Source: an uncultured Bdellovibrionales bacterium
GTDB taxonomy: Bacteria > Patescibacteriota > Minisyncoccia > Moranbacterales > GWC2-37-73
DNA: 64,000 nucleotides
Direction of reading: 5' to 3'
NCBI GenBank assembly: GCA_964609855.1
Contig: CAZSTB010000006.1
Span: forward strand, 365 to 64,364
Position numbers and translations under genes: made by a program
Notes under the pieces: generated by a model
What the model was told of the DNA's origin: nothing
The model's input: only the letters and a program-made list of their open reading frames with translations
The model's database searches: none
Shown here: positions 28,311 to 37,125 of the stretch, in pieces
Layout of the letters: every line of letters starts with the position of its first letter
Position numbering within the stretch: the first letter of the stretch is position 1

Positions 28311-28735
28311 CTTTTAGCTGTTAGTTTATAGCTTTTAGAGAAATTCCATGATAAATTCATATAAAGACTTAATTGTTTGGCAAAAATCAAAGGATTTAGT
28401 CATTGAAATTTATAAAATTGTCGCTAATTTTCCTAAAGATGAAATTTATGGATTATCTTCCCAAATGCGCAGGTGTTCAATTTCAATACCATCAAATATC
28501 GCAGAGGGCAGATATAGGGGAACAAAAAAGGATTTCTTGCATTTTTTAAGAATTTCTTTTGGGTCAGGTGCTGAACTGGAAACACAGATATTAATTGCAA
28601 AGGAAATTTATGCTGATAGGGAAATTGATTTTGAAAAAGCTGAAAAATTATTAGAAGAAGTGATGAAGATGTTAAATGTTATGATTAAGAATTTAAATCC
28701 TAAAAGCTAATGAAGCCAGAGAAGCTAAAAGCTAA
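28307..28735. mobile_element. putative element: four-helix-bundle gene with inverted heptamer arms
   Basis: left arm ttagctt ttagctg ttagttt atagctt ttag; right arm ctaa aagctaa..aagccag..aagctaa aagctaa; mobility is inferred. Confidence 0.55.
28348..28710 (+). CDS. four helix bundle protein (23S rRNA-IVS/'S23' family)
   Basis: SYKDLIVWQKS, FP.DE.YGL.SQMRR...SIPSNIAEG, FL.IS.GS..ELETQ. Confidence 0.95.
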   Translation: MINSYKDLIVWQKSKDLVIEIYKIVANFPKDEIYGLSSQMRRCSISIPSNIAEGRYRGTKKDFLHFLRISFGSGAELETQILIAKEIYADREIDFEKAEKLLEEVMKMLNVMIKNLNPKS

Positions 28736-29522
28736 AAAGAGTCTAGGGCAGAATTTTTTGAAAGACGATGAAATTTTGAATCGAATTATTGAACATGCAA
28801 ATTTAAATTTCAACGACACGGTAATTGAAATCGGTCCTGGTCAAGCTGCGCTTACGGAAAAATTGGCCAAGGTTTGCAAAAAAGTTATTGCGGTCGAAAT
28901 TGACGATAGACTTATTGAACCATTGCATACCAAATTAGTGGGAGATGAAAATGTTGAAATAATTCATGGCGATATCTTGAAAATAAACCTTCCTGAGCTA
29001 GTTTTAAATAGCGGTTTAGATAAGACTGGCTACAAAGTTGTTGCCAATATTCCTTATTACATAACTGCTCCAATCATTAGACTGCTATTGGAAACCAAAT
29101 TTCCAGCAAGTGAAATTATTCTAATGGTTCAAAAGGAAGTGGCTGAAAGAATTTCAGCCAAGCCTGGCGCCTTAAGTATTTTAGGTATTTCCGTGCAATA
29201 TTACGCTAAGGCCGAATATTTGTTTACCGTTTCCAAGGATGCTTTTGAACCTGTGCCTAAAATTGATAGCGCTATCATTAAGATTACAAGAAACAAGAAC
29301 CAAGAAAAAATAATCAATGAAGACACGAAGAAATTTTTCAAAGTTGTCAGGGCTGGATTTTCAGCAAAACGAAAAACTCTGGAAAATAATCTCTCCAATG
29401 GTTTACATTTAGATAAAACTGAAATTGCCAACAAGCTTGAATCCATTGGATTTTCAAAAAATACCAGAGCGCAAGAGCTTTCTGTTGAAGATTGGAAAAA
29501 GCTTACAGATTTACTGGCATAG
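28710..29522 (+). CDS. rsmA: 16S rRNA m6,2A dimethyltransferase
   Basis: KKSLGQNFL, IEIGPG, VANIPYYIT, MVQKEVA, F.PVPK.DS, RKTL.N, RAQEL. Confidence 0.97.
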   Translation: MKPEKLKAKKSLGQNFLKDDEILNRIIEHANLNFNDTVIEIGPGQAALTEKLAKVCKKVIAVEIDDRLIEPLHTKLVGDENVEIIHGDILKINLPELVLNSGLDKTGYKVVANIPYYITAPIIRLLLETKFPASEIILMVQKEVAERISAKPGALSILGISVQYYAKAEYLFTVSKDAFEPVPKIDSAIIKITRNKNQEKIINEDTKKFFKVVRAGFSAKRKTLENNLSNGLHLDKTEIANKLESIGFSKNTRAQELSVEDWKKLTDLLA

Positions 29523-29695
29523 CAGCTATTCTTAAATAGCATTAAAATCCTTGCTGGCTGGCAAGGATTTTAATTTTTGAGCGCAAGACAGTGGGAAATT
29601 CATATGCTACAATAGCGAAAGTAAACGCTAAGAATTGAGGACTTAAAAAATAAAAAAGCTCTGTCCCGAGATGTCGGGATGATTCGATATACATT

Positions 29696-31888
29696 ATGCA
29701 AGAAATACTTGAAGGTTTAAATGAACAACAAAAAGCGGCGGTCGTTACAGCTGAAGGACCACTTTTGATTATTGCTGGCGCTGGCTCAGGAAAAACCAAA
29801 ACCCTGACCCATCGCGTGGCCTACTTGATTAAGCACTATAAAATTCCGCCCAGAAATATTCTGGCGGTGACTTTTACCAATAAAGCCGCACAGGAAATGA
29901 AGGAGCGGGTTATGAAAATTTTATACCCCGAGGCGGATGCAAATTTCAAATATAGTTTGTATGGAAATTCAGATCTTCCGACACTGGGAACCTTTCATGC
30001 AATCTGCAGTAAAATTTTACGTGCTGAGATTGAAGCCCTGGGTTATGCGAAGACTTTCCATATTGTTGATGATCAGGATCAGCAGGTTCTGATGAAAAAA
30101 GTTCTAAAAGAATTGGAAATAGATGCGCAACAATTTGCGCCGCGCGCAATGCTCGCTACAATCAGTAAGGCAAAAAACGAACTGATGACAAGTGCGCAGT
30201 TTGCTTCTCAGGCAAATGGATATTTTGAGGAGATGGCGGCTAAAGCCTACAGCCTTTATCAGGCGAAACTCAAGGAAAATAATGGTTTGGATTTTGACGA
30301 CATCATCATGTTTACTGTTGATTTGTTTAAAAATTTTCCACAGATATTGGAAAATTATCAAAGACAGTTCCGCTATATCATGGTCGACGAGTATCAGGAT
30401 ACTAATCGTGCGCAATATCTGCTAATTAATCTTTTGGCTGGCGGCCATAGGAATTTGTGCGTGGTAGGTGATGACTGGCAGAGTATCTACAAATTTCGTG
30501 GCGCTGATATCAAGAACATTTTGAATTTTGAAAAAGATTACCCGGAAGCAAAGGTGATTCACTTGGAACAAAATTATCGTTCCTCGCAAGTTATTTTGGA
30601 TGCGGCATATGGGGTAATCTCAAAAAACATAAATCGCAAAGATAAAAAACTTTGGACCGAGCAAAAAGCCGGCCATCTGATCACATCCTTTGAAGCGGCG
30701 GATGAAAGAGATGAGGCAGAATTTATCGCCAGGGAGATTAAGCATAATAACGAGGGTGTTTATAAGAAATACGTGGTGCTCTACCGCACTAACGCACAAT
30801 CTCGAACAGTGGAGGAGATGTTTTTGAAAAATTCCATTCCATACCGCATCATCGGTGGAATAAAATTCTATCAACGTAAAGAAGTTAAGGATATCGTGGC
30901 CTACTTACGTTTGATTTCTAACAATACTGACATTGTTTCACTTGAACGGGTTATTAATGAACCGAAGAGAAATATTGGTGAAGCTACCGTAAAAAAGTGG
31001 GTAAGTATTTCCAGGGAAGTCGGGCTCAGTCCGATTGAGGCAGGATTGCAGCCAACTGTAATTAGTCAGCAAGTTGGAAATAATAAATTAGCCACCTCAA
31101 AGATAGAGGCGATAGCTAAATTTTGCGATTTTGTTCGTCGCATGGGCGAAATCAAAGGAAAAATCAAACTTACTGATTTTATAGAAAAAGTATTTTCAGA
31201 AAGCGGATACGAGCAAATGCTTTTAAAAGATGGTCCAGAGGGCGAGCTTCGCTGGGAGAATGTTAAAGAGCTTATTTCCGTTGCACATAAATACAATGAA
31301 AATGCAGCTGATTACGAAGATGTGCTAAGTGCATTTTTGGAAGAAGTGGCTCTAGCTTCAGATGTTGATAATGTCGATCAAAATCAGGACGCGGTACATC
31401 TGATGACACTGCACAGCGCTAAGGGATTGGAATTTCCAGTTGTCTTTATCGTTGGATTAGAAGAGGGTATCTTGCCTCATTCGCGTAGCTTATTGGCGTA
31501 CAGTGAGATGGAAGAGGAAAGAAGACTTATGTATGTTGGACTTACCCGTGCGAAAGAAAAAATATATTTACTTTTCACACGTCAGCGCACAATTTTTGGT
31601 ACTACTCAGATGAATTCTCCATCAAGATTCATCGAAGATATTCCAGAAAAATTGGTTTCAAAAAAAAGTTACCGCGAGCAGGAACAAAAAATATTCGAAT
31701 CTTTACTTAAGAAAAATTCCCAAACCAAGGTTTCCAGAACCGAATATAAAGGCGGGGAACGCGTCAGCCATAATGAATTTGGGGAAGGCATTGTTATTTC
31801 TGCGATGGGAGATGTTGTTGTGGTAGCTTTTAAGAAAGCAGGAATAAAGCGCTTGTCTGCTGAATTTGCGAAATTGAAGAAAATTTAG
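29696..31888 (+). CDS. pcrA: ATP-dependent DNA helicase PcrA/UvrD
   Basis: AGAGSGKT, TFTNKAA, VDEYQDTN, GDD.QSIY.FRGA, LEQNYRS, TLHSAKGLEF, EEERRL.YV. Confidence 0.96.
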   Translation: MQEILEGLNEQQKAAVVTAEGPLLIIAGAGSGKTKTLTHRVAYLIKHYKIPPRNILAVTFTNKAAQEMKERVMKILYPEADANFKYSLYGNSDLPTLGTFHAICSKILRAEIEALGYAKTFHIVDDQDQQVLMKKVLKELEIDAQQFAPRAMLATISKAKNELMTSAQFASQANGYFEEMAAKAYSLYQAKLKENNGLDFDDIIMFTVDLFKNFPQILENYQRQFRYIMVDEYQDTNRAQYLLINLLAGGHRNLCVVGDDWQSIYKFRGADIKNILNFEKDYPEAKVIHLEQNYRSSQVILDAAYGVISKNINRKDKKLWTEQKAGHLITSFEAADERDEAEFIAREIKHNNEGVYKKYVVLYRTNAQSRTVEEMFLKNSIPYRIIGGIKFYQRKEVKDIVAYLRLISNNTDIVSLERVINEPKRNIGEATVKKWVSISREVGLSPIEAGLQPTVISQQVGNNKLATSKIEAIAKFCDFVRRMGEIKGKIKLTDFIEKVFSESGYEQMLLKDGPEGELRWENVKELISVAHKYNENAADYEDVLSAFLEEVALASDVDNVDQNQDAVHLMTLHSAKGLEFPVVFIVGLEEGILPHSRSLLAYSEMEEERRLMYVGLTRAKEKIYLLFTRQRTIFGTTQMNSPSRFIEDIPEKLVSKKSYREQEQKIFESLLKKNSQTKVSRTEYKGGERVSHNEFGEGIVISAMGDVVVVAFKKAGIKRLSAEFAKLKKI

Positions 31889-31925
31889 ATTGTCCGGAAA
31901 AAGTGAGTTTAAACAAATTGGATTC

Positions 31926-32846
31926 TTAATCCAATTTGTTTTTTTTACCGTGAAACTTCTGATGAACATTTTTGAGTTGTTCGTTGGTGACATGTGTATA
32001 GATTTGAGTCGTGGTTATGGAAGAATGTCCGAGCATGGTTTGCACGCTGCGAATATCCGCGCCATTGGCAAGCAGGTCTGTTGCAAAGCTGTGTCTAAGG
32101 GTATGTGGATGCACATCTTTAACGATGCCAGCAATGGCAGCGTAATTCTTTACGATTCTTTGAATGGAGCGTGTTGTCAGTCTTTTGGTTTCCATTTCTG
32201 AATGTTTGCCTTGCGAATAACGGATGAAAAGTGCGGGATCAATGTCTGTGCGTTTTGCTAAATATTTTTGCAGCGCAATTTTGGCACTTTCTGAAATAAA
32301 GACGATTCGAATCTTATCGCCTTTTCCTCGGACGCTAAATTCTTGTCGTTCGATGTTTATTTGATCCCTGTTGATGTTTATCAGTTCGCTTACACGTAGT
32401 CCCGCAGAAAAAAGCAGTTCCAAAATAGCCTTATCTCTGAGAGACTTCAAATCTTGCTTGGAAGCTGCATTTAAAAGTCTGGCAACTTCCTCACCATCAA
32501 GGAATTCAATTTCATGGGAGGGATTTTTCCCAACTTCGATTTTTTCGCAAGCTAAACTTTTGATATCACGCTTGGAAAGATATTTCAAAAAACTCCTGAT
32601 TGCAATGATATGATAATTTTGTGTAGATCTTTTAAGGTTTGCGCCTTTAGTGTCGGTCAGGCGATTAAGATAAATGCGATACGCATGGACCAGCTCATTG
32701 GTAATATTTTCCGGGCGGTCAATCTTTGCCCAAGTAAAAAACCGCTTGAGATAATGATGATAGTTCTCAATTGTTTTTTGCGAACGTGTGCGTTCGATTT
32801 CCAGGTATTCCAAGAATTCTATTAAAAGTGTGTTTAAGTTTTGCAT
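31926..32846 (-). CDS. XerC/XerD family tyrosine recombinase
   Basis: RDKAILELLFSAGLRVSEL, V.GKGDK.R, HPHTLRHSFAT, LGHSSI.TTQIYTH. Confidence 0.93.
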   Translation of the reverse strand: MQNLNTLLIEFLEYLEIERTRSQKTIENYHHYLKRFFTWAKIDRPENITNELVHAYRIYLNRLTDTKGANLKRSTQNYHIIAIRSFLKYLSKRDIKSLACEKIEVGKNPSHEIEFLDGEEVARLLNAASKQDLKSLRDKAILELLFSAGLRVSELININRDQINIERQEFSVRGKGDKIRIVFISESAKIALQKYLAKRTDIDPALFIRYSQGKHSEMETKRLTTRSIQRIVKNYAAIAGIVKDVHPHTLRHSFATDLLANGADIRSVQTMLGHSSITTTQIYTHVTNEQLKNVHQKFHGKKNKLD

Positions 32847-33025
32847 TTTTATTTGTGTATTTAAAATCCAGCGAAATTGAATCTAAATTTTAGCTGATTT
32901 GAATGATAACTGAATTTAAGGATTGAAGATGCTATTATTGTACCTCAAATTACATTTCTTATAAAATGACAATTAAAATAATGGCTTTAAATAGCTAAAA
33001 AATGACAATAAAGTGCATAAACCCT

Positions 33026-33053
33026 TTGACAAAACCAGTCAGCAGTATATACT
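33026..33053 (+). promoter_or_regulatory. sigma70-type promoter of the LysM-CHAP gene
   Basis: TTGACA-16 nt-TATACT. Confidence 0.6.
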
Positions 33054-33226
33054 CAAAAGCAGTTTAAAAATTAAGACTGCAGATTGATGGTAGCTGTAAA
33101 TCCGGCCCTTAATGCAATGCTGAACACCTGTTTGGGTATCCGCATTAAAGATTGGAAATCCTGAAGCAAATTCAGGATGACAGCAAATTTTGCCTAAAAT
33201 TGCACGTCGATTGAAAGGATTCAGCT

Positions 33227-34435
33227 ATTAGTAAAAAACCATTTTTTTCTCATATCTCTGATCTCATAGAAAAGATTGACTTTAAAAGTCTTAACACAAA
33301 CCTTCATATCCGGCAACGCGCTATCGCGAACTTCATTAAAGAAAGAAGAACTTTAAAGTTGCTTCATCTTGTTCGTAATTATTCAGCTTTTGCTGTTGTC
33401 GTTAGTAGTGCCCTGCTTGTTAGTGCCACCAATGTAGCTTCATCCGGAAAGGGTGCTGGAAGCTTCCTTTTTGGTTATTGGGATTCATCAGCTCAAGCCT
33501 CGGCTGCACGTAGCAAGATTAGCGGACAAGTTGATAAGAAAAATGATTTAGCTTTAGTGCCACTTTCTAAGGCAAGCACAGCAGTTGATCCTGGAGCTAA
33601 AGAAGAGGAAGTAACTCAAAATATTATTCAAGGTCAGGGGATCATGGCTGCGGCTGGTGGAGCTAGCCCGATGAAAGATCCTGAACAAGATGGTGGGGTT
33701 AAAATGTATATCGTTCAATCAGGCGATACGCTTGGATCGATTGCTGCGAAAAATGAAGTTTCCATCAACACGATTTTGTGGGCCAACGATATTGATAATG
33801 TCGATTCGATCATGCCTGGCGACACTTTGTTTATTTTGCCTGTGTCTGGAATTAAATATGTCATAAAGGATGGCGACAAGATAGATGCCATCGCTGCTAA
33901 GTTTAAATCAGAAAAGGATAAGATTATCGCCTTTAATGATCTTCCGGCAAACGGAGATTTGGAGGCGGGAAAAGAGATTGTTATTCCTGACGGACAGGGA
34001 GAAGCTCCGAAACCTCAAGTGCCTGCAGCTAGTCCATCGACGCTTATTGAAAAAAGACAGTATGCAAACGCCACTGGTGGAACTCCTGAAGTTTCTACGG
34101 GAAAAATATTAGGCGGAAAACCTGGAACCGGACATAGGTTCCCATATGGATATTGCACGTGGTATGTTGCGCAAAAAAGACATGTCCCTTGGGGTGGAAA
34201 TGCTGGAACATGGCTATATCATGCAAAGGCTAGTGGATATGCAACCGGAAGAACACCTAAAGTCGGATCGATCATGGTTACCACTGAAAATCGCTACTAC
34301 GGCCACGTCGCTTATGTGGAAAAAGTTTCCGGAGATACGATAACAGTGAGCGAGATGAATTATGCCGGTTTTGCAAAAGTTTCTCGTCGCACACTTTCAG
34401 CAAAGAGTCGCGCAATCAAGGGATTTGTATATTAG
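33227..34435 (+). CDS. LysM x2 + CHAP peptidoglycan hydrolase (proposed ATT start; ORF track start 33359)
   Basis: YIVQSGDTL..IA and YVIKDGD..DAIA LysM domains; YGYCTWY..WGGNA.TW..YGHVA.VE..SEMN CHAP; frame open back to ATT 7 nt after GAAAGGA. Confidence 0.88.
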   Translation: MSKKPFFSHISDLIEKIDFKSLNTNLHIRQRAIANFIKERRTLKLLHLVRNYSAFAVVVSSALLVSATNVASSGKGAGSFLFGYWDSSAQASAARSKISGQVDKKNDLALVPLSKASTAVDPGAKEEEVTQNIIQGQGIMAAAGGASPMKDPEQDGGVKMYIVQSGDTLGSIAAKNEVSINTILWANDIDNVDSIMPGDTLFILPVSGIKYVIKDGDKIDAIAAKFKSEKDKIIAFNDLPANGDLEAGKEIVIPDGQGEAPKPQVPAASPSTLIEKRQYANATGGTPEVSTGKILGGKPGTGHRFPYGYCTWYVAQKRHVPWGGNAGTWLYHAKASGYATGRTPKVGSIMVTTENRYYGHVAYVEKVSGDTITVSEMNYAGFAKVSRRTLSAKSRAIKGFVY

Positions 34436-34454
34436 AAAGTGCTTGATATGAATA

Positions 34455-34488
34455 GAAAAAACTCAGTTATAATAGCTGAGTTTTTTTC
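34455..34488 (+). terminator. intrinsic terminator
   Basis: AAAAAACTCAGTTA-taa-TAGCTGAGTTTTTT. Confidence 0.7.
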
Positions 34489-34592
34489 TTTTAAATAAGT
34501 TCTTCAAATATTATTTGCTACGGTAAAAAGGTTTCTATAAATATCGAAAATATGCTATAATTTTTTCATAGGAGATAACATAGAAATCCCGA

Positions 34593-36704
34593 ATGAATTG
34601 GATTTTCAAAAACAAAAACAAAAGAGCAAAGACGCTGCTTGTCGTCTTGTTTTTGGCGTTTGGATTCTCTTTTGTTAGTTTCGATGATGCGAAAGCGGCA
34701 GGTATTTGCGAAAGCGGCAGTACTGAAAAAACTTGCGAATGCTTTAATGGAAGTGCTTCATTAAGTTTTTTTCCGGCCGGACACAATATAAGTGATTTTA
34801 ATGCCCAGTTGACTACAGGTTTTTGTCATCAAGAATCTTGCATGCAATACTGCATGTTTAAATTTCCAGCTACGACTGCAGTTAAATATGACGGGGGAAC
34901 ATTTGGAACAAGCTCAATAAAAAATAGTTCAAGCGCTGTTATATCCGCACCCTCATTATCAGAGCAAGTTTGCGGCGGAACATTGAGCATGTTTAACCCT
35001 TCAACATGGCTGCAATGTGCGCTAATCATGGTTTTGCAACTCGTCGGCTATCTGTTCGCAATAGCGGCGACACTTTTTGCATGGGCAATTGATCCCTCAA
35101 ACGTTTCCGGGCCTAATGGTATTTTGGAAAAACAAGCCATCAAGGACGTGTGGATTATGGTTCGCGATCTTTTGAATATGACCTTTATTTTGATCTTACT
35201 TTTCTCGGCTTTCTGCACAATTTTTCAAATCGATAACTGGGGTCTTAAAAAAGTTTGGCTCAATATTTTGATAAACGCCCTCTTGGTAAATTTTTCCTTT
35301 CCAATTGCGCGTTTTATTATCGATATTTCAAACGTAACTTTTTATTATTTTGTAAAGCATTTGTTCGCATCTACTGGAACCTCAACTGTTACTGGTTCAA
35401 CAATCTTTTCAAGTTTTGCATCCACATCTGGAATCGGCGATTTGTTGCAGCCTGATAAATATGCGGACCATGCAATTCCATATCTGATTGCATCGATAAT
35501 TTTCGTTTTTATTTTCGGAATGACGCTGCTTATTATCGGAGCATTATTCATTGTTCGCCTTGTCGCGCTGGCAATGCTTATCATGTTTTCCCCGATCGGT
35601 TTTGTGGGTTATATTTTTCCTGAAAGTGCCAGTTATGCCAACAAGTGGTGGAAAAATCTTTTTAGCTACTCTTTCTTTGCGCCGATTATGATTTTTGTTA
35701 TGGCGATTTCGCTGCGAATCATGCAAGCCTTGCAGGCGGAGAATATGAGTTCGATGCAAGCGATCAGTGGAGTTAACGCCGTTTCAGATCAACAAGGTTG
35801 GGTGGCAAATGCAGCATTTTACACAATTCCGATTATCATTCTCTGGGGTGGAATGGGAATTGCAAAATCCTCAGGCATTGCCGGAGCGGACACCGTCGTC
35901 AATTCTGTGAAAAAAGGAGGAAAATGGGCTGCCACAAATCTTTCTGGTTACGGCTATATGAAAAAGAATTATGATGCTTACGCTGGAGCCAGAAAGAAAC
36001 GCGTAGAGGAAAAAGATAAGAAACGCTGGGGCGGCAAATTTGGCGATGGCGTAAATGATAAGCAAGATAAGCTATTGGCCAAGCTAGGCTCTGAAGCTGC
36101 GATGAAGCGATACAATAAGAGAAAAGAGACAGGAAATAAGGATGATATTAAAGATGGCGTTGAGGGAGCAGAAAGTAGAACTGCTGATGAATTAAAATCA
36201 CAAATCAAGACTTCTATGAACTCCACAACGCCACTGAGCGATAAGGAAAAAATGGATTATGCTATAAATGCTAAGTTGGCATTAAATCGTGGAGCTAAAT
36301 ATGAATCTGGATTTGAAGAAGATCTTAAGGCTGACATGAAAAACAATTTAACAACTGATTCTAGATTCGCCACATTGCATGCAAGTACTGTGGATCTCGC
36401 AAGGGCAGAGATGAATTTCAATAATCATCCAAAAAATCCTCCAACTGCAACTGGAACTAGTGCAAGCGCGCAGCGAAATCATCAAATTCAAATGGCGAAA
36501 TGGACTGCAGATAGAACCTTGCTGAAAGAAGCACATGAAAATGCAAAGAAGAAAGTCGAGTCAGATGAGAAAAAGATCATTCAAAGCGAAAAAACAAAGC
36601 ATCTCGACAACTTAAGAAAAGCAATTAAAGATGCCGAGGAGGTTGGAAAGATAAATAAACCGGCTCCAACTCCTGCACCTCCTGGCCCGACTCCAACACC
36701 ATAA
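34593..36704 (+). CDS. VirB6/TrbL-like polytopic membrane protein
   Basis: W.MVRDLLN..FI, ALLVNFS......IID.SN, R.V.L..L..FSP.......P....WW motifs; Cys-rich N-terminus, charged C-terminal tail. Confidence 0.78.
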   Translation: MNWIFKNKNKRAKTLLVVLFLAFGFSFVSFDDAKAAGICESGSTEKTCECFNGSASLSFFPAGHNISDFNAQLTTGFCHQESCMQYCMFKFPATTAVKYDGGTFGTSSIKNSSSAVISAPSLSEQVCGGTLSMFNPSTWLQCALIMVLQLVGYLFAIAATLFAWAIDPSNVSGPNGILEKQAIKDVWIMVRDLLNMTFILILLFSAFCTIFQIDNWGLKKVWLNILINALLVNFSFPIARFIIDISNVTFYYFVKHLFASTGTSTVTGSTIFSSFASTSGIGDLLQPDKYADHAIPYLIASIIFVFIFGMTLLIIGALFIVRLVALAMLIMFSPIGFVGYIFPESASYANKWWKNLFSYSFFAPIMIFVMAISLRIMQALQAENMSSMQAISGVNAVSDQQGWVANAAFYTIPIIILWGGMGIAKSSGIAGADTVVNSVKKGGKWAATNLSGYGYMKKNYDAYAGARKKRVEEKDKKRWGGKFGDGVNDKQDKLLAKLGSEAAMKRYNKRKETGNKDDIKDGVEGAESRTADELKSQIKTSMNSTTPLSDKEKMDYAINAKLALNRGAKYESGFEEDLKADMKNNLTTDSRFATLHASTVDLARAEMNFNNHPKNPPTATGTSASAQRNHQIQMAKWTADRTLLKEAHENAKKKVESDEKKIIQSEKTKHLDNLRKAIKDAEEVGKINKPAPTPAPPGPTPTP

Positions 36705-36717
36705 TAAAAAAACAAAA

Positions 36718-37125
36718 ATGAGTAATAATTTGAGCGCATTGGAAGAATTTGATGCGCAAAGAAAAATTGAGATGCCGCATCTTTTGTATTCGGCAACTGA
36801 CCTGGTAGCGAAAAAAAATATCGCCTATGTTGTGTTGGCAAAAAAAGAAAAAGAGATACTGCTCATTAGTCCAGCTGGCTTCGGCGAGGCAGCTGTTGTC
36901 GCAGGCTTCAGCGAAAAAAATATTGAACATTTTGCCAAGTTTGCATCAAAGGAATGCAAAGAAAGAATGTTTGAAGTAATCAAGAATGATCTGCTTGCTA
37001 AGGATATTTGGGAAATCGCAGAGGCGATGGACGATGATTTAGGCAGAGATTCCAAGTCGCATCGCCAAAGAGTAAGAAAAGTGTTGCAATATATTTATAA
37101 TAATCAAACAGTTTTTCATTTTTGA
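36718..37125 (+). CDS. hypothetical protein
   Basis: 135-aa ORF in operon spacing after the VirB6-like gene. Confidence 0.65.
   Translation: MSNNLSALEEFDAQRKIEMPHLLYSATDLVAKKNIAYVVLAKKEKEILLISPAGFGEAAVVAGFSEKNIEHFAKFASKECKERMFEVIKNDLLAKDIWEIAEAMDDDLGRDSKSHRQRVRKVLQYIYNNQTVFHF

Noticed and set aside
28348-28710. Four-helix bundle as Avd of a diversity-generating retroelement
   Set aside because: No reverse transcriptase in the window; the pilin internal repeats differ mainly at synonymous sites, not specifically at adenines as TR/VR pairs do.
31926-32846. Tyrosine recombinase as prophage/ICE integrase or shufflon invertase
   Set aside because: XerC/D-like size and motifs, housekeeping neighbours, no att repeats or inverted cassettes; no convincing dif site seen nearby.
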